Shown here: positions 10,254 through 19,877 of the stretch, one piece after another
Numbering within the stretch: position 1 is the stretch's first letter
How the letters are laid out: every line of letters starts with the position of its first letter
IMG/VR virus record: IMGVR_UViG_3300025889_000071
Reading direction: 5' to 3' (one strand)
Source: a virus
Lineage: Duplodnaviria; Caudoviricetes
Length of the DNA: 64,000 bases
Made by a program: the position numbers and the translations under genes
Notes under the pieces: generated by a model
What the model saw: only the letters and a program-made list of their open reading frames with translations
Told to the model about the DNA's origin: nothing
The model's database searches: none

Positions 10254-12176
10254 ATGTCTGGAGTTTTTGGTTTATCGGATGTAAGAACGGAGCAAATAGA
10301 TAGAACCTGGCCAGAATTTACGAATTATGGTTATTTTGTTGGTGGTGTAGCTCCTCCTGGATTTGCAGAGTCACGTATTGATCGATTTGAGATAGCAACG
10401 GAAACAATAAGTCAACCACCTAACTTTAGTCAGTATAGCTCTGGTCAAGCAATTTCGGATGCTGTAGAAGCTTCTTCATCAGAATATGGTTATATTGCTG
10501 GAGGTGATAATAGAGGAGGTAGTCCTGCAGCGAGAAGTTATATACGTAGAATTGATTTTTCACACGAACTTGATAGTGTTGTAGGGATCACACAAATTCC
10601 TGCCACACTACCTGCGAATCAGGACAACATGGCATCAATTTCCACCCCACAATATGCATATTTTGGTGGTGGTGCTGCTCCTTATGTGTGTAATATTCAT
10701 AGACTTGAATTCTCATCAGAAACAATGTCTACAGATGCTTCAAATCTCACACAAAATAGAGGATTTCTTGCAGGTGTATCTGGTTCTCAATATGGATATT
10801 TTTGTGGAGGATTTTCCACTCCACCTCCAACCAGACATTCTACAATTGATAGGATGGATTTTTCTACAGAAACTGGAAGTGTTCCTCCTGTTGAAGGTCA
10901 ATTGACAGTTGGAAGAAGTCACCTCAATTCTTTTGAGAGTTCAGAACATGGTTATATTGTTGGTGGTTTGACACCGGTTGTTTGTACCGTTGACCGATTA
11001 GATTTTTCTTCAGAAACTGTTGCGGCAACTACAGGAGTACCTGAAATAATAGCGGCAGGAATAGATTTTTCTGTTAAAGAATATGGTTATATTGGTGGTA
11101 ATGGCCCAGGAGCAAAATCCACTATCTATAGATTTGAGTTTTCATCCGAAACATTTTCAGCACCAGGAGCAATTTTAAGTAGTGTGAGGGGTTATGGTTC
11201 TGGAGTTAGAGACAGTAGTCGTATAAAACCAAATTCACTGAAAGGAACTGATATTGATGGAGTTCCTATTTCCAGCACTTATGGATATTTTATTGGTGGT
11301 TTTTCTTTTAGTACTCCACCTCCGGTCACTAGTTATCACACTACTATTGACCGCATCAATTATTCTACCGAAACTGTATCGTCTAATATATCTCCTAGAG
11401 GATATTTATCTTCACCAGGAAGAAATGGTGCAGGAGCAGTATCTAATTTCAATTATGGGTATGTTGCTGGTGGACTTTCTCCAATTAAAACAACAGTTGA
11501 AAAGATGGATTTTACTAATGAAATTACATCATTACCGGGAAATAATTTATCTCAAGCAAGAGCATATTTAGCAGGAGTTTACAATAATAATTATGGATAT
11601 TTTTGTGGAGGATTCCATCCAACACCAGCATATTATAGCACTATTGATCGTATTGATTTTTCTACAGAATCTGTATCAACTCCTCCGGTAAAAATGAATA
11701 ATGAATTGAGTATACCTAATGGTGGAACCGTATTTAATCCAAGTTATGCATATATAACTGGATTTAACGGATATGTTTGTACTATTGACCGATTAGAATT
11801 TTCTACAGAAACAATGGTAGAACCATCCCAGCAATTAACTAGAGCGGCTTTGGGTTTTGGTACATTGCAGAATTCAAATTATGGTTATTTTTGTTCTGGA
11901 AGAACTTCACCAACTGTGCGTCCGGCAGTCATAGATCGTATGGATTTTTCAAATGAAACTGTAAGTTCACCTATTGGCAATGTGTCTCAAGCAAGACCGG
12001 GTTTAGCAGGAGTTTACAATAATAATTATGGTTATCTTGGTGGAGGAGAAATACCACCACTTAGTCCTGATTATGTCTGTACAATTGACCGATTAGAATT
12101 TTCAAATGAAACAGTATCGGAACCAAGTTCAGAATTGACAAGAAGTAGAAGCAATGCCAGAGGCCTCTCAAACTAA
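10254..12176 (+). CDS. Kelch-like beta-propeller repeat protein A (12 repeats)
   Basis: 12 repeats of YGY(F/I)xGG...IDR(L/I)(D/E)FS.ET, arranged 6+6 around a linker TDIDGVPISS. Confidence 0.75.
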   Translation: MSGVFGLSDVRTEQIDRTWPEFTNYGYFVGGVAPPGFAESRIDRFEIATETISQPPNFSQYSSGQAISDAVEASSSEYGYIAGGDNRGGSPAARSYIRRIDFSHELDSVVGITQIPATLPANQDNMASISTPQYAYFGGGAAPYVCNIHRLEFSSETMSTDASNLTQNRGFLAGVSGSQYGYFCGGFSTPPPTRHSTIDRMDFSTETGSVPPVEGQLTVGRSHLNSFESSEHGYIVGGLTPVVCTVDRLDFSSETVAATTGVPEIIAAGIDFSVKEYGYIGGNGPGAKSTIYRFEFSSETFSAPGAILSSVRGYGSGVRDSSRIKPNSLKGTDIDGVPISSTYGYFIGGFSFSTPPPVTSYHTTIDRINYSTETVSSNISPRGYLSSPGRNGAGAVSNFNYGYVAGGLSPIKTTVEKMDFTNEITSLPGNNLSQARAYLAGVYNNNYGYFCGGFHPTPAYYSTIDRIDFSTESVSTPPVKMNNELSIPNGGTVFNPSYAYITGFNGYVCTIDRLEFSTETMVEPSQQLTRAALGFGTLQNSNYGYFCSGRTSPTVRPAVIDRMDFSNETVSSPIGNVSQARPGLAGVYNNNYGYLGGGEIPPLSPDYVCTIDRLEFSNETVSEPSSELTRSRSNARGLSN

Positions 12177-12179
12177 CAC

Positions 12180-12185
12180 TAAATA
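12180..12185 (+). promoter_or_regulatory. Late promoter TAAATA
   Basis: Upstream of the GT4-FkbM gene. Confidence 0.6.
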
Positions 12186-12206
12186 ATCAAAACTACATTA
12201 TTGTAT

Positions 12207-13844
12207 ATGAAGTCCGGAGCAACTGAAAGTTCTTTTTATTATCTTGCTCAACATTATACTTTTCCAGAGAATGTTGATGTTAAGAGAACGACGAATGAAA
12301 TTATAAAGTCCAATAAACAGTATAAAATTATCTGGGCTCATGATAATTGTGACCAGATGGGACACAAAGACCTTCCACAATATGTGAATAAAATTGATGG
12401 CATTGTTTGTGTTTCGAACTGGGAACGAGAGCAGTATATAAAGTATAAAAGAGCACCAGCAGAGAAACTTCATGTAATTCCAAACGGAGTTCATGATATG
12501 TTTCGTCCTTCTGGAAAACCAAAATCAAAAACTTGTATCTTTTTTTCTGCACCACATAAAGGAGTTGCACCTTTAGTTCCAATTTGGAAGGAAGTTATTA
12601 AACATCATCCAGATGCAAAACTCAAAGTGTTTTCTTCGATGTCTCTTTATGGTGATATTCAACCAGGAGAAGGTGACAATGAAACAATCACAGGACCAAA
12701 TGGATTAGAGCCATCACCATTTATTTCTGTTTATAAAGAACTTCAGAAACTTCCTGGTGTTGAGTATTCACCTTGTATTGATCGTGAAGAGTTGCTACCT
12801 CATATTCAGGATGCAGCTTTTTATATTCATCCCAATGTTTGGGAGGAAACTTTTTGTGTATCATTAGCAGAAGCAATGTCTTGTGGATGCTTTCCAATAA
12901 CAACAGACATGGGAGCACTTCCAGAAACGGCAAATGGAATTGGAAAGTTTATTCCAATGTCAGGAAAAAACACACCAAGAGGATGGATACCTGACGAAAC
13001 ATTTCATAAAAACTTTGCCGAAGAAATGATTCGTGCTTTTCATTTCTTTGATGTTGCAAGAGATGAATATTATCAGGCATCAGAACTGATATCAAATTAT
13101 GCAATAGAAAATTATAATTGGAAAAGAGTTGCTGGACTGTGGAAAAGTTATATTGAAAAGTATGATGATTATTATGAAAGATTTTCCGAAATCTTAATGA
13201 CTCCATATGATCATATTGATTATCTCTATCAGATGAAGTATGAGCAATCAATAAATCCAAAAGTGATTTATGATATTGGTTCCAATTGTTTGCACTGGTC
13301 AAAGGTTGCACAAATGGTATGGAAAGATTCTAATATTTTTCATGTTGATGGATATGACCAATTCGAATCTCTCTATAAAAATAAGAAAGTTAATTATGCC
13401 ATTGAGGTATTAAGTTCAGTAGATGATAAAGTTGTAACTTATTTTCAGAATGCCAGAAATCATGGAGGGTGTTCTTATTATGAATTAAACTATAAGGATT
13501 TTCCTTATAATCAAAATGCATTTAGAAATCAACATTACTCTGAAGTTAAGAGAAGGACAAAGACTTTAGATACTCTAATCAGAGAGAAAGGATGGCCAAA
13601 ACCTGACTTGATTAAGATGGATGTTCAGGGATGTGAATTAGATATTATCAAAGGTGCTGTTAGTGCTATTAAATATTGTCCGAATATTATTCTTGAGTTG
13701 CAAAACAAAGAGTATATGAAAGGTGCTCCAATGAGAGATGAAGTCATTTCTTATATGAAATCGATTGGATATGTTCTGTCTTCACACTTTACACAAAACT
13801 CATCTGATGCTGATGGAGATTATCACTTCTCCAAACATAAATAA
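12207..13844 (+). CDS. Glycosyltransferase (GT-B, GT4-like) fused to FkbM-family methyltransferase
   Basis: IIWAHD, VCVSNW, HVIPNG, EETFCVSLAEAMSCGCFPIT (GT-B ExxxxxxxE); C-terminal IYDIGS...TLDTL...PDLIKMDVQGCELDIIKG. Confidence 0.85.
   Translation: MKSGATESSFYYLAQHYTFPENVDVKRTTNEIIKSNKQYKIIWAHDNCDQMGHKDLPQYVNKIDGIVCVSNWEREQYIKYKRAPAEKLHVIPNGVHDMFRPSGKPKSKTCIFFSAPHKGVAPLVPIWKEVIKHHPDAKLKVFSSMSLYGDIQPGEGDNETITGPNGLEPSPFISVYKELQKLPGVEYSPCIDREELLPHIQDAAFYIHPNVWEETFCVSLAEAMSCGCFPITTDMGALPETANGIGKFIPMSGKNTPRGWIPDETFHKNFAEEMIRAFHFFDVARDEYYQASELISNYAIENYNWKRVAGLWKSYIEKYDDYYERFSEILMTPYDHIDYLYQMKYEQSINPKVIYDIGSNCLHWSKVAQMVWKDSNIFHVDGYDQFESLYKNKKVNYAIEVLSSVDDKVVTYFQNARNHGGCSYYELNYKDFPYNQNAFRNQHYSEVKRRTKTLDTLIREKGWPKPDLIKMDVQGCELDIIKGAVSAIKYCPNIILELQNKEYMKGAPMRDEVISYMKSIGYVLSSHFTQNSSDADGDYHFSKHK
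13838..13843 (+). promoter_or_regulatory. Late promoter TAAATA
   Basis: Upstream of the 13876 ORF. Confidence 0.55.
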
Positions 13845-13875
13845 AAAAAATTGAACTGATATCTATAGGAGTTCT

Positions 13876-14721
13876 ATGTCAAATAATTATAAAGAAATTG
13901 CTCTTGCAAAATCCGATGAAGTTCTTGATGAGAGTAATGAATTTATGCTCAAGGTTCTTGCGGAGTGTGATCGTTGGAAAGAATCTGAAAGAGAACTTGC
14001 ACAAGGAAGGTCAAACTTCCAGATTGAAAAGTTTATCGTTCATGATAATTTTACCATTCCATCAGCATTCAAAGCTGCAATTATCAACCGCAAGTCTGTG
14101 GCAGAGAACCTTCTAAATGGAATTCAGGATGCAAAGAAAATTGTAAGAGAGTTTCATTATAAGTGGGAAGGTAAAGATAAAACTCAACCAATCTGGTGGA
14201 AGAATCGTGAAGGTGGTGAAGACCTTTGTTGGTATGATATTGATGAATTCAATTTTCATCGTTTTATTGATGGATTGAATGCTGGATTCAAAGCACAGAC
14301 AACTGAACTTGAATTCTTTGATAAATTGATTGAAAGATTAATCGAATTGAACGGTGGTCATCCTCCAACAAAAGAAGAATTTGATGCCGATCAACCAGTT
14401 TATTGGGAAAGAAGATTTGCCAACCAGGCTCTTGATGAACTTCTTGCTGCACAAACAGGAGTCTCTGGTGGTAATATTCGTTCTATGAGAAGAGCAACCG
14501 CACCAACAGTTCTTGAGGATGATGTGAATCGTATTAAGGAAGGCTATGCAGATCCAAGCAATTCAATCGCATTCCTTGAGAGTCTTCAGAGACATGTTGC
14601 TTCTGGTATTGAGGAAATTAGTGGACTATCAAATAATATTCTTCAAGGAAGAAAGGAGCAAACAAAACAATTAAGTGAGGAAAAAGTTTCGTTATTTAAC
14701 GAAGAACTTCGCAAAAAATAA
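13876..14721 (+). CDS. Hypothetical alpha-helical / coiled-coil protein
   Basis: Long ORF with aggag SD, charged helical composition, GRSNFQIEKFIV motif; no function recognised. Confidence 0.75.
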   Translation: MSNNYKEIALAKSDEVLDESNEFMLKVLAECDRWKESERELAQGRSNFQIEKFIVHDNFTIPSAFKAAIINRKSVAENLLNGIQDAKKIVREFHYKWEGKDKTQPIWWKNREGGEDLCWYDIDEFNFHRFIDGLNAGFKAQTTELEFFDKLIERLIELNGGHPPTKEEFDADQPVYWERRFANQALDELLAAQTGVSGGNIRSMRRATAPTVLEDDVNRIKEGYADPSNSIAFLESLQRHVASGIEEISGLSNNILQGRKEQTKQLSEEKVSLFNEELRKK

Positions 14722-14725
14722 GTAA

Positions 14726-16579
14726 ATGCCATCAGATGTTTTTGGGTTAGATGTAGTTTATGATAGACAGGTCGATTCTAATTGGCCAGAGTCTGCGAAT
14801 TATGGTTACTTTGGTGGTGGTATTGCTCCACCTTTTGTTTGTACAATAGACCGCATAGATTTTTCTAGTGAAACTGTATCGGAACCAAGTAGTGAATTAA
14901 CTCAAGCAAGATATCTGTTAGCAGCAGTTTCTAATTCTAATTATGGTTACTTTGGTGGTGGTTATGCTCCACCACCTTTTGTTTGTACAATAGACCGATT
15001 AGATTTTTCTAGTGAGACCGTAACAGCACCAAGTAGTAATTTAACTCAAGCAAGAAACGGTTTAGCGGCAGTTTCTAATTCTAATTATGGTTACTTTGCT
15101 GGTGGTTTATTTAATTCATCTTATCTTTGTACAATCGACCGTATAGATTTTTCTAGTGAAACTGTATCGGAACCAAGTAGTGAATTAACTCAAACAAGAC
15201 AGGGTTTAGCAGCAGTCTCAAATTCTAATTATGGATACTTTGCTGGTGGTACAGCTCCACCTTTTGTTTGTGCCATTGACCGACTAGATTTTTCTAGTGA
15301 GACTGTAGCAGTGCCACCAGTAGGAGATCAATTAACTCAAGCAAGATATCAATTAACAGCAGTCTCAAATTCTAATTATGGATACTTTGCTGGTGGTACA
15401 GCTCCACCTTTTGTTTGTACCATTGACCGACTAGATTTTTCTAATGAGACTGTATCGGAACCAAGTAGTGAATTAACTCAAGCAAGATATATTTTAGCAG
15501 CAGTCTCAAATTCCAATTATGGTTACTTTGCTGGTGGTAGTGTTCCAGCTATTGTTTGTACCATTGACCGTTTAGATTTTTCTAATGAAACTGTATCGGA
15601 ACCAAGCAGCAACTTAACTCAAGCAAGAAGTTATTTAGCGGCAGTTTCTGATGGAAAATCAATAAACGCAAAAGGAGTTAAAAAAGGAACTGATGTTAAT
15701 GGAGTTCCCATCTCTAGCACTTATGGATACTTTGGTGGTGGTGATGCTCCAGGTGTGGGTGTAGTATGCACCATTGATCGTATTGATTTTTCAAATGAAA
15801 CGACATCAGTTCCATCAGTTGATAATCAATTAAGTGCTGCGAGGGATGATTTAACGGCAGTTTCTAATTCTAATTATGGATATTTTGCTGGTGGTTTTTC
15901 TCCACCTTTTATTTGTACTATTGACCGTTTAGATTTTTCTAACGAAATTACATCAATACCAAGTAGTCAATTGACTAGAAAAAGGGGAGATTTATCATCA
16001 CTCTCTAATTCAAATTATGGTTATTTTGGTGGTGGTGCTAATCCACTCAGTACTTCTACTGTTGATCGTATAGATTTTTCAAATGAAACTGTATCTGAAC
16101 CTAGTTCAGATTTAACTCAAGCACGGCATGAACTTGCGGCAGTATCTAGTTCTAGTTATGGATACTTTGCCGGAGGAAATCCCCTTCGTAGCACGATTGA
16201 TAGATTAGATTTTTCTAATGAAACTATAATTGTCCCTCCAGTAGGAAATCATTTACCACAGGCTAGATCATTATTATTTGGAGTTTCTGATTCTAATTAT
16301 GGTTACTTTGCTGGTGGTTCTCCTCCAGCACATTCTACTGTTGACCGTTTGGATTTTTCTAATGAGACTACATCAGCTCCATCACCAGAATTAGGAACGA
16401 CAAGATTAGGACTTTCTGGAGTTTCTAATTCTAATTATGGTTACTTTGCTGGTGGAGATAATCCTTCCATTGGCTTTCTCAGTAGTTTTGATCGCATAGA
16501 ATTTTCTACTGAGACTATTTCAGCACCAGCAAATAATTTACCTCAACCAAGAGGTACTTTAGCAGGAGTCTCAAACTAA
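14726..16579 (+). CDS. Kelch-like beta-propeller repeat protein B (12 repeats)
   Basis: 12 repeats of SNSNYGYF(A/G)GG...CTIDR(L/I)DFS(S/N)ETV..PSS.LTQAR, arranged 6+6 around linker TDVNGVPISS. Confidence 0.8.
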   Translation: MPSDVFGLDVVYDRQVDSNWPESANYGYFGGGIAPPFVCTIDRIDFSSETVSEPSSELTQARYLLAAVSNSNYGYFGGGYAPPPFVCTIDRLDFSSETVTAPSSNLTQARNGLAAVSNSNYGYFAGGLFNSSYLCTIDRIDFSSETVSEPSSELTQTRQGLAAVSNSNYGYFAGGTAPPFVCAIDRLDFSSETVAVPPVGDQLTQARYQLTAVSNSNYGYFAGGTAPPFVCTIDRLDFSNETVSEPSSELTQARYILAAVSNSNYGYFAGGSVPAIVCTIDRLDFSNETVSEPSSNLTQARSYLAAVSDGKSINAKGVKKGTDVNGVPISSTYGYFGGGDAPGVGVVCTIDRIDFSNETTSVPSVDNQLSAARDDLTAVSNSNYGYFAGGFSPPFICTIDRLDFSNEITSIPSSQLTRKRGDLSSLSNSNYGYFGGGANPLSTSTVDRIDFSNETVSEPSSDLTQARHELAAVSSSSYGYFAGGNPLRSTIDRLDFSNETIIVPPVGNHLPQARSLLFGVSDSNYGYFAGGSPPAHSTVDRLDFSNETTSAPSPELGTTRLGLSGVSNSNYGYFAGGDNPSIGFLSSFDRIEFSTETISAPANNLPQPRGTLAGVSN

Positions 16580-18470
16580 ATACAACATAAGGAAATAGAT
16601 ATCATGCCATCAGGAGTATTTGGTTTAGAAAAAACATATAAGAAGCAAAGAAAAAAAGATTGGCCAGAGTCTGCGAATTACGGTTATTCTGTGGGAACCA
16701 CAAATCCTACACTTGCACCACCAACTGGAGGAGCTTGTATTATTGATAGACTGGATCTTTCTACAGAAGTTGTTTCTAGTCCTGGATCAATTGCGAATTA
16801 TACTTATGCCATGTTTGACATGTCATCCCTAATTGGTAGGAATTATGGATATCTTGTCGGTGGAAAATCTCCATATAGTGCTGGTGTTCATTGTACAATA
16901 GTAAGACTTGATTTTTCAAATGAAACTTTTGAGGATATTGGTACTCATTTAAATTCATCTAAACAATGGACTTCTAGTGTCAACAGTCCGGAATATGGAT
17001 ACGTTTGTAGTGGTAGAGTTCCAACTCCAGCAGACATATCTACCATAGATAGATTGGATTTTTCTAGTGAAACTTTAACGTCTTCACTATCCAATCTTAC
17101 GACATCTAGAACAAATGCTGGGTCAACTTATTCGACACAATATGGATATATTGCTGCTGGTTTTGATGGCACATCTAATGTTGCTACAATAGATCGATTT
17201 GATTTTACCAACGAATCATCATCTGTGATTTCTGGAACATTAAATAATCCAGGCAGAACCGGATTATCTCAACATATACAAAGTCAGAGTTATGGATATG
17301 TTGCTAGTGGCAGTTCATCTTATCCCACCGTAGTGGATAAAATTGATTTTTCAAATGATAGTTTTTCAAGAACAACAGATATAACTGTAGGAAGAGGTTC
17401 TGCTGGAGGAGCATCTACTTTAAATTATGGATACTTATTGGGAGGTATGTTTCCATATCGTTCTGATATGGATAGAATAGACTTTTCAACGGACAGTGTA
17501 TCAACACCTTCTTCAACACAAACTTTGAATAATAGGGGAGGTTCTACAGTAATTGCGGGTGGAATAAACAAGAGTGCAAAATCAAGAAGATATTTTCTTG
17601 ATGTTGATGCTGTCCCTATAGGAAATGCTACTGGTTACTTTGCTGGTGGTGGTGCTCCGGCTGTTGTTTGTACAATCGACCGTATAGATTTTTCTAATGA
17701 GACTGTATCGGAACCAAGTAGTGAATTAACTCAAGCAAGATATCAGTTAGCAGCAGTCTCAAATTCGAATTATGGGTACTTTGCTGGCGGTTTTGCTCCA
17801 CCTCAAGTTTGTACAATAGACCGATTAGATTTTTCTAATGAGACTGTATCAGCACCAGGTAATGATTTAACTCAAGCAAGACAGTATTTAGCATCAGTCT
17901 CTAATTCTAATTATGGTTATTTTGGTGGTGGTGCTACTACTCCATCTTATGTTTGTACTATTGACCGATTAGATTTTTCTAATGAAACTGTATCAGAACC
18001 AAGTAGCAATTTAACTCAAGCAAGAAATCAATTAGCAGCAGTCTCAAATTCGAATTATGGTTACTTTGCTGGTGGTGGTCCAGGTAATGTTTGTACTATT
18101 GACCGACTAGATTTTTCTAATGAGACTGTATCGGAACCAAGTAGTGAATTAACTCAAGCAAGAACTGCTTTAGCAGCAGTCTCTAATTCTAATTATGGAT
18201 ACTTTGCTGGTGGGTGGGCCCCACCTCAACTTTGTACAATAGACCGACTAGATTTTTCTAATGAGACTGTATCGGAACCAAGTAGTGAATTAACTCAAGC
18301 AAGAAATGGTTCAGCAGCAGTCTCTAATTCTAATTATGGATACTTTGCTGGTGGTGCTACTCCATCTTATGTTTGTACTATTGACCGACTAGATTTTTCT
18401 AATGAGACTGTATCGGAACCAAGTAGTGAATTAACTCAAACAAGATATACTGCAGCAGGAGTCTCTGGTG
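14786..18470 (+). repeat. Dispersed/tandem ~141-nt coding repeats shared by Kelch-like genes B and C
   Basis: An identical 57-mer gaccgactagatttttctaatgagactgtatcggaaccaagtagtgaattaactcaa starts at 15425, 18101, 18242 and 18383. Confidence 0.95.
16577..16582 (+). promoter_or_regulatory. Late promoter TAAATA overlapping the stop codon
   Basis: Upstream of Kelch-like gene C. Confidence 0.6.
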
Positions 18471-19174
18471 GATGGGCTACTGCACCATCAATCGGACCAA
18501 GATCTGGACCAAGAACATCTGTCAATCCTGGTGGTGAAGGTGGTGGAGGTGGTGAAGGTGGTGGAGGTGCATCATCACAAATGACATTTAAGTATTATGG
18601 TTATGGATCAAATACGGGAACTTTATCCGTTCACTGGGCACCAGGACCACCCACTTCTAATACAATCAGTGCCGCACTTCCATTTACTGCCGATGGTTCA
18701 ACAGTAACATCAATCTCCGGACAAACGCATCCAGGACCAGGACAAACTTGGAAATCTGCTACTGTAGATTTAAGTCCATTATCACCGAGCACCGGACACT
18801 TTGTATTTAAATATCGTACTGGAACAAGTTTTAGAGGAGACTTCCAACTTGATGATATGGAATTCACACACTCTGGAGGAACTGATGATTTAGATCCGGA
18901 TTTGAAGAGAACTGCATCAACCGATAATTGGCAAAAATGGAATGCTGGCCCACCAGCAACATACAATACATCTTTCTTTTCTAATGTGACAGTTTCAACT
19001 TCTGCTCCTGGTGGATGGAACTATGATGCCGGAGGAACACCATCTGGTTCTACTGGAACGACATCAGACTCTGATGGGAGTCCAACTGGATATTACATCT
19101 ATGCAGAAACTTCTTCACCAAACTATCCACAGAAATATATGTGGTTGAGAACTGCAACTCCGGTTACGATTTAG
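16604..19174 (+). CDS. Kelch-like repeat protein C (12 repeats) with Gly/Pro linker and C-terminal MAM-like domain
   Basis: 12 YGY..GG repeats, GGEGGGGGEGGGG linker, then F.YY.YG..TGTL.V, W....VDL, GDFQLDD and TPSGSTG...GYYIYAETS motifs. Confidence 0.8.
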   Translation: MPSGVFGLEKTYKKQRKKDWPESANYGYSVGTTNPTLAPPTGGACIIDRLDLSTEVVSSPGSIANYTYAMFDMSSLIGRNYGYLVGGKSPYSAGVHCTIVRLDFSNETFEDIGTHLNSSKQWTSSVNSPEYGYVCSGRVPTPADISTIDRLDFSSETLTSSLSNLTTSRTNAGSTYSTQYGYIAAGFDGTSNVATIDRFDFTNESSSVISGTLNNPGRTGLSQHIQSQSYGYVASGSSSYPTVVDKIDFSNDSFSRTTDITVGRGSAGGASTLNYGYLLGGMFPYRSDMDRIDFSTDSVSTPSSTQTLNNRGGSTVIAGGINKSAKSRRYFLDVDAVPIGNATGYFAGGGAPAVVCTIDRIDFSNETVSEPSSELTQARYQLAAVSNSNYGYFAGGFAPPQVCTIDRLDFSNETVSAPGNDLTQARQYLASVSNSNYGYFGGGATTPSYVCTIDRLDFSNETVSEPSSNLTQARNQLAAVSNSNYGYFAGGGPGNVCTIDRLDFSNETVSEPSSELTQARTALAAVSNSNYGYFAGGWAPPQLCTIDRLDFSNETVSEPSSELTQARNGSAAVSNSNYGYFAGGATPSYVCTIDRLDFSNETVSEPSSELTQTRYTAAGVSGGWATAPSIGPRSGPRTSVNPGGEGGGGGEGGGGASSQMTFKYYGYGSNTGTLSVHWAPGPPTSNTISAALPFTADGSTVTSISGQTHPGPGQTWKSATVDLSPLSPSTGHFVFKYRTGTSFRGDFQLDDMEFTHSGGTDDLDPDLKRTASTDNWQKWNAGPPATYNTSFFSNVTVSTSAPGGWNYDAGGTPSGSTGTTSDSDGSPTGYYIYAETSSPNYPQKYMWLRTATPVTI

Positions 19175-19177
19175 AAC

Positions 19178-19183
19178 TAAATA
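19178..19183 (+). promoter_or_regulatory. Late promoter TAAATA
   Basis: Upstream of the prolyl-hydroxylase-like gene. Confidence 0.6.
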
Positions 19184-19211
19184 TTTTTAAAGATTGAGAA
19201 ATTGAGTTTGA

Positions 19212-19871
19212 ATGAATCATTTACTTGGTAATATCCTTATTCAACCAAATGTTGTGACAAAGGAAGGATGTAAATATCTCACAGAATATGTAAAGAAGGC
19301 ACCCAAAATGAGGATGGGTGTTTATGATGCCGAAAAATCAAATGAAACAAAAAAGGATGAATCAAAAGTAGATCCAAATGTAAGAGATGTAGAGTGTGCC
19401 GATATACAACCAATCATGGCAGACGTTAAATCTCTTTATGATGATATGGTATATAATGTCATCAATCCTTTTTATGACTTTTATATCAACGATAGTGAAG
19501 TTCCCCAGTTTTTATATTATAGGGAAGGAGGACACTACAAACCTCATTATGATGGTGAAGCCTTATGGGTAAATCCTGATGGAACAAAGCAATGGAAAAA
19601 ATCTATTGATAGAGATATTTCTACTGTTTTATTTTTGAATGATGATTTTGAGGGTGGAGAGTTTGTATTTCCAAAATACAGAATTCGTATTAAACCAGAA
19701 CCAGGCCTTCTGATCGCATTTCCATCAACACATCATTATCTGCATGGAGTAGAACCAGTTAAATCTGGTGAGAGAATCGTCAGTGTTTGTTGGATGAGAG
19801 TAAAAGGAGTTCCAACAAAGGATGAGCAAGATAAACAGATTGCAGATAAATATGGAATAGAGGTCTATTAA
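19212..19871 (+). CDS. 2OG-Fe(II) oxygenase, prolyl 4-hydroxylase-like
   Basis: QFLYYREGGHYKPHYD, ISTVLFLNDDFEGGEFVF, LHGVEPVKSGER: HxD...H...R. Confidence 0.88.
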   Translation: MNHLLGNILIQPNVVTKEGCKYLTEYVKKAPKMRMGVYDAEKSNETKKDESKVDPNVRDVECADIQPIMADVKSLYDDMVYNVINPFYDFYINDSEVPQFLYYREGGHYKPHYDGEALWVNPDGTKQWKKSIDRDISTVLFLNDDFEGGEFVFPKYRIRIKPEPGLLIAFPSTHHYLHGVEPVKSGERIVSVCWMRVKGVPTKDEQDKQIADKYGIEVY

Positions 19872-19877
19872 TTTAAA

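Noticed and set aside
14786-18470. Regularly spaced near-identical repeats resembling a CRISPR array
   Set aside because: Repeats are 141-nt in-frame coding units, the intervening parts are also homologous, and no cas genes are present.
4109-19174. Diversity-generating retroelement suggested by the Mtd-like N-terminus and variable repeats
   Set aside because: No reverse transcriptase or non-coding template repeat in the window, and variation is not adenine-specific. An RT elsewhere in the genome cannot be excluded.
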